From: Octopus bimaculoides
Taxonomy: Eukaryota
DNA length: 58,470 nucleotides
Assembly: GCF_001194135.2 (NCBI RefSeq)
Contig: NC_068993.1
Location: 9,585,731 to 9,644,200, forward strand
Direction of reading: 5' to 3'
In this document: positions 34,166 to 47,368 of the stretch, piece after piece
Layout of the letters: each line of letters starts with the position of its first letter
How positions within the stretch are numbered: the first letter of the stretch is position 1
Made by a program: the position numbers and the translations under genes
Notes under the pieces: generated by a model
What the model was told of the DNA's origin: nothing
Databases searched by the model: none
Seen by the model: only the letters and a program-made list of their open reading frames with translations

Positions 34166-34900
34166 CTGTGATATCTTAGTTAAGGAACGAATATTCAAAA
34201 ATGATAGAAATTTCTCCCCTGCCTAACAGGGTCTGAAATTTGGGGGAGGGTGATAGTCGATTACATCGACCCCAGTACTCAACCGGTACTTAATTTATCG
34301 ATCAAGAAAGGATAAAAGGTGAAGTTGATCTTGGCGGAATTTGAACTCAGAACGTAGCAAAGGGGCAAAATACCACTAAGCATTTTGTCCAGTGTGCTAA
34401 CAATTCTGCCAGCTCACCACCTTCATAACAATAATAATAATAATAATATTCCAATGTTTTTGTAAACAATTTAATCAATAGCAGCTAGCTGCAGCAACAA
34501 CAACAATAACACCAACCACAATAAAGTCAAGCAGCTGAAAGCGATTAAAAGTAATAATATAATTTGTAGATGTCAAGAACCTTATGAATTTCATTAACAC
34601 TGACCTTTGCAAATGTGAAACATTTCAGACTTCTGAACAAAGCATACAAGAAATGTTACAAAATAGGCATAGCTAAGTGGCTAAGATATTCAGTTCTCAA
34701 CTACGTAGTTCTGGGTTCAATCTCACTGCATGATGCCGTTTGGGTGTTATTTTAACTGATTAAAAAACTTTTTGGCCCACTGAGTAAAGTAGCTCAGATT
34801 TAACTAATAGTTAACTAGCCTGCTTGTTTGCAGAAGAGTTGAGAAAGAAATGAAAAGAAAGAAAAACATACAAGATGTTGGCAAATGAATATAAGGATAC
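34166..34900 (-). other. STK11: U12-type (minor spliceosome) intron, GT-AG subtype, STK11 intron 2
   Basis: 5' splice site GTATCCTT (34900-34893); branch point TTCCTTAAC (34187-34179) ending 13 nt before the 3' splice site; no polypyrimidine tract. Confidence 0.93.
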
Positions 34901-34984
34901 ATTTTCTGTTTCTCTTCATTGTAAAGAACATCAATCAATTTAATGATGTTCTTATGGTGGAGCTGTTTAAGTAGACTGATCTCC
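34901..34984 (-). CDS. STK11: STK11 exon 2
   Basis: [27 protein letters not shown](M); 84 nt. Confidence 0.97.
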
Positions 34985-35286
34985 CTAGAAACACAGAAAG
35001 AGAAATAAAAAATAAATAAATAAATATATATGTGTAAATGTAAAAAAAACATATAAGTGCACAAACAAACAGACACAGGTCACCAACTCTTCATCAGTTA
35101 TTGACCAGAGGGTCCAACGCAATTTTGCACACACACACACACAAAATTACTAACAGTTCTTTTTTATTCAATTTTAATAACAACGAAAAAAAAAATGCAA
35201 AAACAATCAATTACAAGTTCTCATTCTTTTTTATTGAAAATATTTGTAACAAAAAAANNNNNNNNNNNNNNNNNNNNNNNNNNNNN

Positions 35287-35327
<41 letters not shown>

Positions 35328-36076
35328 GCAGGTGTGGCTGTGTGGTAATTAGTTTGCTTCCCAACCACATGGTTCTGGGTTCAGTCTTACTGCATGGCAG
35401 CTTAGGCAAGTGTCTTCTACTATAGCCTTGGGCCGACCAAAGCCTTGTGAATGGATTTGGTAGACAGAAACTGAAAGAAGCCCATCGTATATGTGTGTGT
35501 CTATATTTGTCCCCCCACCATTGCTTGACAACTGATGCTGGTGTGTTTATGTCCCCATAACTTAGCGGTTTGGCAAAAGTGACCAATAGGATAAGTACTA
35601 GGCTTACTAAGAATAAGTCCTGGGGTCAATTTGCTTGACTAAAGACAGTGCTCCAGCATGGCTGCAGTCAAATGACTGAAACAAGTAAAAGAATATATAT
35701 ATATAAAGTAGAAAAGTCCAAGGGTTGATTCATTTGACTAAAAATTCTTCAAAGCAGTGCCCCAGCATGGCCGCAGTCTAATGACTGAAACAAGTAAAAG
35801 ATTATCTACCTAATCTATCTATATATGTATATTATTTTTATGATCACCTGCAATTTGTATTACATACATCTATAAAAAACACACACACACACACATATAT
35901 ATGGTTACAACTGAATAGTTGAAACAAAAAAGCAAAAACAAATAAAAAAGACTACACACGCACATGTTTCAAAGTTATACTTATTTGGTGACTTGATTCG
36001 AGATTTTAAACCTGAAACAATTGTCTGTCATGGGTTGTATTCATAATAGCCACACACACACACACACACACCTATT

Positions 36077-36490
36077 TATTACCTCCGCCTTAGCGGAGGC
36101 AAAGGTATTGTTTCCAGTTGTTTGTTTGTCCATGGACAAGATATCTCAAGAACTGTTGGATGGATTCGAATGAAACTTTCAGGGATATTTGGCCTCATAA
36201 CTGCCACGAGCTGATTAGATTTGGGGATCGATCCAGTACTGGACAAGGCTTCTGGATTATTTTTCTTGTTCTTTTTTACTTAATTTTTNNNNNNNNNNNN
36301 NNNNNNNNNNNNNNNNNNNNNNNNTAATTTTTGAGAGTGGTCAGGTTCATTTTTAGTATTCTCGTTTGTGAGAGCAATCGAGTTTAAATCAGATATTCTC
36401 ATTTTAGAAATCATCTCTGGCTAATCGTTGAGAGGACGTTAGTGTTACCTTGGAGGAAGTTTCTGCTCTCCGAGTGCGCTTATTTTTGTT
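36077..36490 (+). mobile_element. DINE-1/HINE-like (Helentron-associated) non-autonomous element
   Basis: Starts TTATTA-CCTCCGC-CTTA-GCGGAGG (perfect hairpin), then a GTTTGTTTGTCC micro-repeat; ends GGAGG...CTCTCCGAGTGC. Internal N gap. Confidence 0.55.
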
Positions 36491-39052
36491 TTTGTTAGCT
36501 ATGTTAATCAGGTGTCAACATTTTTTTCTCATATTTTGTCACACATCTGTAGACTGCTTTGTTGCGGACACTATTCCTCTGCAGCTGTTGAAAATCACTT
36601 GTTACCCCCCTCCCCACCACCACCACCACCACCACACACACGTATGAGCACTGGCACTCCCTGCAGCTGAAGGGAAAAATTCTGACACAGAACGAGCGAC
36701 AGAAAGATGTGAGAGATATATAAGAAATTATATGTATGTGTACATATATATACATGTGAATGTGTATACATGCACTATATATCTGTGTGTAATTGCTCCC
36801 TCATTGGCTCACAGTTATAGGTAATAAATTAGTAATTGCTTTCTTAGCTTACAATGTCAAGTTTAAATATTAGAAAGTTATCTTAGATAAGTAGGCCATC
36901 AAGTTCTAATCAGTGAGCTAAGACCTTACTTTAGTAGTTTATTGACTCAGTTTTGCTTCTTTTCAATAATCCAAAATTGATTCAACCCTTTTATTATCAT
37001 ATTTCTGTTGAAATATGTAGTCTTTGTTTCAATCAATTGCGAGAATAGACTTTAGTAGAATTCTCATTATTTCTCATTATTAAACTGGGGTCAAGGCAGA
37101 ATCGTTAGCATGCCGGGTGAAATGCTTAGCGGTATTTCCTCTGCCACTAAGTTCTGACTTCAAATTCTGCCGAGGTTGACTTTTACCTTTCATCCTTTCG
37201 GGGTCGATTAAATAAGTACCAGTTATACACTGGGGTCAATATAATCAACTTAATCCGTTTGTCTGTCCTTGTCCCCTCTGTGTGTAGCCCCTTGTGGGCA
37301 GTAAAGAAATAAGAAACGTTAGCAGGCCAGGTGAAATGCTTAGTTGTATTTTGTTTGTCTTTATGTTCTGAGTTCAAATTCTGCCAAGGTCGACTTTGCC
37401 TTTCATCCTTTCGGGTCGATAAATTAAGTACCAATTGCATACTGGGGTCGATCTAATTGACTGGCCCCATTCCCCCAAAAATTTGGGCCTTGTGCCTAGA
37501 GTAGAAAAGAATTTCTCTTGGGATATACTACCTTTTATTTTAATGAGTTTTGAAAATAAAGAATTCATCATCATCATTTAGCATCTGCTTTCCATGCTGG
37601 CATGGGTCAGACGGTCTAACTGGAACTGGTAAGCTGGAGAGCTGCATCAGGTTCCAGCTAGATTTGGCATGGATTCTATGGCTGGATGCGCTTTCTAATG
37701 CCAAACACTCTAAGAGTGTAACGGTATTGTTTATGTGCCACAGGCATGGGTGCCATATACATGACACCAGTAACGGTCATGACTACCATTTCACTTGGCA
37801 TGATGAAGCTTCTCATGCACAGCATTGCCTTCGTGAGGCCCAACATTCGAAGATCATGCTACCGGCAAACGGCCACAATTATGATTTCATGAGTGCAATT
37901 CACATGACACTAGCAACGGTCACGACTACGATTTCACTTGGCTTGGAAAATAAAGAATTATGAAATTTTTATGGAAGGTTTTAACTTTTTACTTTAAAGC
38001 AGGGAATTTTTTTTATCAGAGAACCAAGGGTGTTCTCAGGTCAAAAAAAAAAACAAAAAAAAACTTTATTTCATCAATATTATTGGTTTTACATGTTTTA
38101 CACATGCTAGCATTGTCTGGAAATATCTAAAATATAACCATTTTCCATCCAAGAGCTCAACACCTGCACTATAACACTTTCCCCACCGCAGGCACTTATT
38201 TCTCCAAACTGAAACCTTATATTACTGAATGAAGTAATCTGACAGTGAAATATAATTTAACAACAGATAAGCACAACAATTTCTTTCTTTCTTTCTGTCT
38301 GTCCTCAGGTGATCTTGAAATAGAAAACAGCACCTTTGACCTCCCACCTAGGTGAGTTGGGAGTTCAGTCTATTTTACAGTTCAACTAGTGGCAAATCAA
38401 ACTTAATACCATCAGAAATTGCTATACTAGTTCCAGTTACAGAAACAACAACAGATATAATCTGTGACTATCTTTTTTTCCCCTTCTTTTTTCTCTTTAG
38501 ATTAATCTACTTTTGGAAGGAAAACAATATACAATGACTGCAATGATAAAATAACATCAATGATCATTAAGACAGCGCTCACAAAAGAAAAATTATTAAA
38601 AAAAAAAAGCAGAAAAAGCACAAAAGATTTCTATACACACACACAAATCAGAAAGACTGCTTCTACGAGTATATTTGACCCAAAAAACTTTCTATTGCTA
38701 TCACTCGACAGCAGGGGAAATTTTCCAAAGGGTTTCTTGTATATTTCTAATTTTTTTTTTTTTTTTTTTCTCTGACAATCAACTTATTTTTACAAGATGA
38801 AAACCCCGTAAGAATAGGGAGAAGAAAAAAATGTTTTATAAACGAACGATAATTCATTAGCAAGGACAATAAAATACCACACACAAAACCCCTCATCCAG
38901 TCATTTCACTAAGTTCAGCAAGTTAATAGGAGACTTCAAAAGAGAGTGCTTGAGTGCATTTTTAGTCAAAGTGAACATCAACAAGAGTAACCAATGTATA
39001 TACATAATACAGAAGAGATAAAGAGATAACTAGACTAATACAGCTCTCTCTC

Positions 39053-39089
<37 letters not shown>

Positions 39090-42000
39090 TTGTATAAATA
39101 AGACAAATAGATGGTACATGCTGAGGCAAGAAGTTTTGTGAGTTAATGGTAGCTCAAAAAAGACTTAAGTAGTCAGAACAATCCTGACAAAATTGGAATT
39201 TAAACATACATGATAAACAATGTCAGATGAAGACAGACTTAACTTCTGTTGTGTGTGTGTGTGTTGCAAAGTTATTTTAACCACAGACCACTCCAGTTTG
39301 GTAAAATGGATGATAGGATGACTCAGCAAACATATCCATTTTACCCATGCTGGTGCAGTTTTAAATACAGTTGCTGATGGTGGTGATGATGAGGATGATA
39401 AAGAACTTTGTCCTATTTAGATGTTGCAGCAAAAACAAAAGAGATTGTCATGCGATTCTTACAGTTTTAAAATAAACCATCAAATATGTTATTCAATGCA
39501 AACACACGCACAAAAATGAAAACAAAACTACATGTTCCAAATCAAGGTGAAAATAATAATAATAATAATAATTTGAAGAGAAGATATGTGAACTGATAAG
39601 ACTGCAGTATTTCTCCATCATTGCTTGCAGGCTTGCAGCAACAGAAGTCCTAACAGCATTATTAGCAAAGTGACCTTGTTCAGTTAACAAAAAAGAGTGC
39701 CAAGGAAGCAATAATGTTTAGTGTAACTAATAAGTAGACAAAGGGTGCAGTGTTTTATTTCATGCACACTGACAGTAAATCAACTCCACCAATGCATTAA
39801 GTCCATCTGACAACAAAGAATGCAGCCACCCACTTCGATGGACTGGACAGATAACAACGAAAAACATTTAAAATAGGCCAGTTTTGCAGATTAGTCGGTG
39901 ATGGTAGTGAAGCCAGCTGCTAAAGGTGCCAGAATCCAGAGTTCCAAATCGTGAGAAAAAAGGCCAGTTTTGTGGTGAAGTTAAACAGGTCAGAGTTCTA
40001 AATCATTAGAAAAAGTAATTTTAGACCAGGTTTAGAATGTCAAACAAACCTGGCCTTGCAATATCCATTTCAGCTCTGTTGTGTTCTGATAGTAACACTA
40101 TTGCTAGGCTGTATATCAGATCAAATCAGTGACCTTTCTCATGAAGAGGAGAGACATGCTTGCATGGGCAACTGTTAGTATCTAAAAATTGGAAAAAACA
40201 ATTAAAAAAAAAATCTTGCCCAGATTTGCACCTGTCTAGACAAGATTTATCTCCACATGGATATCCTTTTAGAAGTTTCAATCACTGGAGTGCTGCAATC
40301 TTTCGAGGATTTTGTCCGTTATATCAGCCCTTTGTCTAATACTTACTGACTGCAAAAGAAGCAATGTAAAAGAATGCCGCCAAATACGTCAAGCTATCTT
40401 GTTTGATCTGCTACCAACACTTTTACAATTTGTGAGTGCGTGTGTGTGTTTTGTGAAATATTCTAGAGATGTAAACAACCATAGGGAAAAAACAAAACAG
40501 GACAATGAACTCTGTGACAGGAATTAAATCCAGACACATTATTTGCTTAGCAGGAAAATGCTTTATCATTTACACCACATTGAGTTTTTGGATTTCCTCT
40601 AGCAGCTAATTCATTACACTCACACACGACACACCTTTATTGTAGGGATACATATCAAATACAACAGTAAAAGACCAACGGATGTTAAAACAGCATAAAA
40701 TGGTCTTTATGTAAAACAACAACAAACCCGAATTAAGAACAGAGGTTATTTTCTAACGATATAAAGAATATTTTCAATATTATCTCATGTTAAAAGAGGA
40801 TTATTAAATATAAGGGTAAAGACCCCCCTTTGGTCATGAACGACCCTGAGATTGCACCTAGAAAATTGTCCTCCAAGGCACAAGACCAGGCAAGGTTGTT
40901 TATGGAAGACCAGCAATCACCCATGCATACCAGTTTCCCTCTCCAAACCACTGATGTTATCTAAGGGAAAGGCAAAGGCTGATACAACTTGGCACCAATG
41001 ATGTCGCAACTCATTTCTACAGCTGAGTGAACTGGAGCAACGGGAAATAAAGTGTCTTGCTCAAGAACACAACATACAGCCCGGTCCAGGAATTGAACTC
41101 ACTCACCTCATTATTTGAGCCTTATGCTCTAACCACTAAGCCATGCACCTTCACTATTAAATAAGACAATCAATGATACTTATACATAGAATTAATGAAA
41201 CACCCCCCACCACACACACCTAATCTGCAAAGTGATCTGATGAAGACTTTTCAAGGTCCTAAGATTATGTGCCAAAAGGGCCAAGAATTTAAATTTTTTT
41301 TACTTGTTTCAATCATTGAACTGCAACCATGCTAGGGCATCACCTTGAAGGGTTTAGTTCAACAATACTGGTTGTCAAATGGTGGTGGAGACAAACACAA
41401 AGACACACATATAACACACAATGGGCTTCTTTCAGTTTCCACCTACCAATCCACTCACAAGGCTTTGGCTAACCAAAGGTGCCACACAATGGGACTGAAC
41501 CCAGAACCATGTGGTTGGGAAGCTTGTTACCATATAGCAACATGTGAAATTAAAACAAACCCTACCCCTCTGGTCTGTGAAGGTATGATCTGAGATTTGG
41601 CTGCTATTTCTAGCACATTGACAAACCATATAGATTTGGGATCTTGTTTATGGTCAAATGCACCCTAATTGAGCAGATGTATGACCAAAGAGATATCTTC
41701 TGGCCTTGGCCATCCTTTTTTTTTTTTTATGTCCAAGACTGCATTATCATTTTATTTTCTAATACAGTAAGGTGTGATCTGAAAGAAACCTGGTTGCTAT
41801 TTCTAGCAGATCAAGCAACCATATAGAGGACTCGCCAGTTGTCTCCTCAAGTAACCTGGAGATAGCAGAAGGGAAAATCAGAATACCATACAAACAAGTG
41901 ACAAAGAATAAACAGAGCAACCAAGGCCAGAAACAATTCTATAAACTAACTTATGCTGACATGAAAAACAAAAACAAAAATGCTGACAAATTACTTAAGT

Positions 42001-44780
42001 ATTAAAGGCGAGCATTGTACAGTTTCTAAAGAATTGCTTCTTTGTTGTTTTTTTGGGGGGGAGGGGGTCTTTCTGCTTTCTGTTTCTATGGTAACTCTTC
42101 AATGTCAGTGCTGATCATTCATCGATATTCAGAAACGGTTAGAAAAAAATGTATTCTTTGAATAAGATTAGCTTAATTTACAAATCAATTTATACNNNNN
42201 NNNNNNNNNNNNNNNNNNNNNNNNNNNNNNNNNNNNNNNNNNNNNNNNNNNNNNNNNNNNNNNNNNNNNNNNNNNNNNNNNNNNNNNNNNNNNNNNNNNN
42301 NNNNNNNNNNNNNNNNNNNNNNNNNNNNNNNNNNNNNNNNNNNNNNNNNNNNNNNNNNNNNNNNNNNNNNNNNNNNNNNNNNNNNNNNNNNNNNNNNNNN
42401 NNNNNNNNNNNNNNNNNNNNNNNNNNNNNNNNNNNNNNNNNNNNNNNNNNNNNNNNNNNNNNNNNNNNNNNNNNNNNNNNNNNNNNNNNNNNNNNNNNNN
42501 NNNNNNNNNNNNNNNNNNNNNNNNNNNNNNNNNNNNNNNNNNNNNNNNNNNNNNNNNNNNNNNNNNNNNNNNNNNNNNNNNNNNNNNNNNNNNNNNNNNN
42601 NNNNNNNNNNNNTATATATATATATATATATATGTTTGTGTGTGTGTGTTTGTCCCTGCCAACATTGCTTGACAATCAATGCTGGTGCCTTTAAGTCCCC
42701 GTAACTTTGCAGTTTAGCAAAAGAGACCGATAGAATAAGTACTAGGTTTACCAACAATAAGTCCTGGGGTCGAGTTGCTTGACTAAATGCGGTGCTCCAG
42801 CATGGCTGCAGTCAAATGACTGAAACAAGTAAAAGAATAAAAGAATATGTGCACGTGTGTGTGTGTGTATAGGTATACATGTGAGTGAGCGTATGTGTTT
42901 GTGCCTCTTTGTTCTGACATCATGTGATAGCCATAAATGAGCATCATTGTAATTCGTTTCCAAATTCTCTGTGAGACCATGTCTAGCCATGGAGAAATAT
43001 CAACTTGTTTGGAAACAGACAAAGGATGGCGACAGGAAAGGTATTTGGCCATAGAAAAATCTGTCCAAGCCATGCACCCACAGAACAATGGACAATGATG
43101 ATGATGACGAAGAATTTCTTTTAGATACAAAACCTTTCATCGGACTGTTTAACCAAAACTGTACTGTAATATAAAGTATTGATGTCTGTATGATCTGTTA
43201 ACCATTCCATTATAACTGGGTCACTTCAGAATAGTCAGGAATATTCTTTATTTTAATAATATTCTTTACTTCTTTACACAATATGTTATTCATTTTTTTC
43301 TTTCTTTTCTTTCTTAAATACTGCTACAGCTGGCTAATTTCCAGGTAGATTTTGGAAAAACAAGATAACAGTATTTGGCAGAATGACAATGAAAGTTAAT
43401 AAAATAAACTAAAATAAAATAATAAAAAAAAAACATCCCCCCCCCCCAAATGAAATAACAAAATAATAACTTAATGTTTTTTTTGTTAAGTAAAGACCGT
43501 CATAAGAATAATTAACCATAGGTATTTCCCTCTCGTTTCTTTAATAATAGGCCAGTTCGCCCCTCCGTTCTGTTTAATTGCCTCGCTTTTGTTACTTTGA
43601 AGCAGTGTTATGGTGATTGCCAATTGCATTATCTTGCCTGCAACCTAACAAGATAATAAAACTTAAGTAGAAACACTTTACAGAGGAAACAACAGTAAAA
43701 ATAAACTAACCCAAAGCCTGGCTATTTTTAAAACAAGTTTTAAAACATTTTTACCACTTGTTAAAGATCAACATAAGAATAATTCTAAAAGCTAATTTCA
43801 TCAACTCGTTTGATTTTAAGCTGCCCGAATTAAAATCAATTTAATGTATTTCGGCTATAAAGAAAAATGCATTGATTTTTTTTTTTTTTTGTGATTGCTT
43901 GTTACTTAAAAGAACCTTCCACCTGTTGAAATAAATAAGTTAATCTAGATGCAGGCATAGCTGCAGGGTAAGAAATTTGCTTCCCAACTACATCGCTCCA
44001 GGTTCAGTCTGACTGTGTGACACTTTAGGCAAGTGTCTTCTACAACAGCCTTGGGCTGACCAAAGATCTTATTTGGTAGATGGAAACAGAACGAAGCATT
44101 ACACCATCTCTCTCTTACACTTCTGCTGTTTCCTACTCTCTCTCTCCCTCTCCTTCTCTTGTTTTTCCTCGGACTAGGTAACCAAGTATCACCTTTACAC
44201 CAGCACCCTTGTTTCTGGCCTCTTACTTCTGCTTCTCTCTCACTGGGTAACCATGTACCTCCTGTATATCAGGACACCAATTTCTCTGTCACACACTAAC
44301 CTTTCATCATCTGATACTAGATCACCTCCTCTAAGTAGAATATTTTGGCCGTGCATGGCTGGTTTAAATACTAAAGGGTTAGAGCAGCAAGTTTATGGCA
44401 TAGAACCTGTGACTGGGTTGGTTGGTATCAAGAGGGTTATTTCAGCAGTCAGTCCATACATATCATCATCCTTATCATCATGGTTTTAATGTTTGCTTTT
44501 CCATGCTGGCATGAGTTGGACAGAGTTAAGACAGACTTTTTTCGGATCCTTTCCCGTTGCTAACCCTCACCAGTTTCCAAGCAAAGTAATATTTCCCCAT
44601 GGCCAGACATGTTCTCGCAGAATATTGGGAATGAATAAATGACACAGCTTATATGACAGTGACACACACACACACACACACATATATGTAAAACATAAGG
44701 GACTATCCCAAAACGATTACCGGTTTGTTCTCAGTTAGGTATTCAAAATATGTTATTTCATAGTAATCCTTATTAATATT

Positions 44781-44847
<67 letters not shown>

Positions 44848-45654
44848 CACACGGGCTTCTTTCAGTTTCCATCCAACAGATCCCTTCACAAGGCTCTGGT
44901 CAGCCTAGAGTTATATCAGAAGAGACTTGCCAAAGGTGTTACACAGTGGGACTGAACCTAGAACTGTGAGTTTGGAAGTAAAATTTTTAACCACATGACC
45001 TAACCTTCTACCATTTACAGCTGCTACTGATAATGATTTATTCTTACAATAGGTAAAAAGCTGCACTATTGTATTAGAGAGAAAGAGAAAGGAGGGGAGA
45101 GAAAGAGAGAGCAAAGGATAGAGAGAGTTGGGGTGGGGGGTAGCTGACTGAACCAAATTCAGCACATGACTATTGACTTGTTGGCTCTGACAGTGTGTGA
45201 ACTCACAAGAGTTAGAAGATGGAACTAAACACACCACAGTATGCTGACAACAATGTCTTTCCTTGCTAGAGACAAGATCAACTTTGACAGGGAGAAGAAA
45301 CAATCAATTATGGTGACCCAGTATGGGAGTTATTTATATGTTTTACGTCACAAAATTGTGAACAATGGTGTCATTTGGGCTGATCAATGGTTCATTGCCT
45401 TTGTGACAATGGAACGTCACCTCCTACCCCTTCCACACATTATTCTTTTACTTGTTTCTGTCATTTGACTGTGGCCATGCTGGAGCTCTGACTTGAAAGC
45501 GTTTTAGTCAAACAAATTGACCCTAGGACTTATTTTCTTTTTAGGCCAAGTACATATTCTATCAGTTGCTTTTGCTGAACTGCTAAGTTATGGGGACGTA
45601 AACACACCAACACTGGTTGTCAAGCAGTGATGAGGGAACACACACATATATGTG

Positions 45655-45725
<71 letters not shown>

Positions 45726-45924
45726 GATGGGCTTCTTTCAGTTTCTGAATCTGCTCACAAGGCTTTGGTTGGTCTGAGGCTACAGTAGGAGACACTTGCC
45801 CAAGATGCTACGCAGTGGGACTGAACCCGAAACCATGTGGTTGGGAAGCAAGCTTCTTACCACACAGCCACTTGTACCAAACCGGAAACCATGTGACTGT
45901 GAAGCAAACTTGTTAATCATACTG

Positions 45925-45963
<39 letters not shown>

Positions 45964-46138
45964 ACCATCATGGGCCAGATGGAATTTTCTGAGGTAGATT
46001 TTCTATAGCCTAAAACCTTTCCTGTCATAATTCTTGATTAGCTTCAAAATTAATGGGAATGTAGAGGATGTTTAATCCATTGAGATTATGGCTGCAAAAG
46101 AGTTAATGTCCTATTATAGCAGGGAGCAGCCTTATTAA

Positions 46139-46359
46139 CCCTTTTGATACCAATCTGCCTAAGACCGCCCCAAGTTCTATGACAAACTTACTACTGTTTT
46201 AAAGTAGTCTAAATTATTATCTTCCATCCAAATTTTATGCTAAATTATTCCAGACACCAGCTTAATGATTATAAAGTTATTTAACTAAATAATTCATTGT
46301 TTTAAAAATTAATTGAAACAAAGGCAGCATATGTCAACAGAAATACGGTAACAAAAGGG
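46139..46359. mobile_element. piggyBac-type MITE
   Basis: TIRs CCCTTTTGATACC / GGTAACAAAAGGG flanked by TTAA on both sides. Partial copies at about 6045-6190, 13300-13460, 29700-29815 and 36940-37070. Confidence 0.85.
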
Positions 46360-47291
46360 TTAAATATATTGGAAATGTGTCCACTGATATTGTCAGTGAG
46401 CTTTTTAATAATTGCAGAGTGGTTACTGTTTTTTCATTCAGCTCATATAGACAAAGTGTTTTTATGTGTTTAGGTCTAATGTTATGTGTAGGAAATTTGC
46501 TATGTTTAGGCTGGTCTATGGTAATTTTAGACCAAGTTGTCAATGTACTAATTAACATCCGATAAGGATTTGATGCCAGAAGCACAACCTAAGACTGACA
46601 AAAGCTATGAAATACGACACACCACTGAGTAGATCGGTTTCATGCAAATGACAAGGAGACACACTCCCACCTGCATAATCAGATTTAATTTCAGCACAAG
46701 GTCAATTATTTTAAGGGGAGGGGCAAGTCAACTACTTTGACCATCAGTACTCCACTAGCACTTACTGTAAAAAAAACCATGTAATTTACGCATTTCTTTC
46801 ACAAAAACTAAAATAAACTTTGCGGGGTGCATAAATTACATGAGATCGTTTCCAGAATTTTTTAGAGATTTTTTTTTGTTGAAAAATGACATAAATGTAA
46901 ACATTTGTACTGGAAGTTGACTCATTTGTTTAACTAAACCTTTCAATGTGTTGCCCCAGCATGGCCACAGTCCAATGACTGACTAACAAGTTGGGAGCCA
47001 GTTGGGTGGCACTGGCAACACTCATGCTTGAATAATGCTTTTTACGTGCCACTGGCACACACACACACATATATATATGTGCTGGTGGCACGTAAAAAGC
47101 ACCATTTGCCATGATAGATCCTTAGCCACTAAACCTTTTTCTATTTTCTCTCCCTGCTTATTTCTGTGTTCCTCTCTGTCGAAGAGCATAGGCTCGAAAT
47201 GTAAAAGACCTTCTCACTTCCCGAGCGTTAAACTAATACATCTGTTTGTTGTTTACACACCTGTCTTCATCTTTTGTTTTTTTGTAAATTC

Positions 47292-47368
<77 letters not shown>

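Noticed and set aside
40261-40269. U12 AT-AC donor ATATCCTTT on the plus strand
   Set aside because: No matching TCCTTAAC...AC 3' end was recognised downstream and there is no supported host gene.
46777-46841. 15-bp inverted repeat as an ncRNA hairpin
   Set aside because: AT-rich with a long spacer; more likely a decayed DNA-transposon end.
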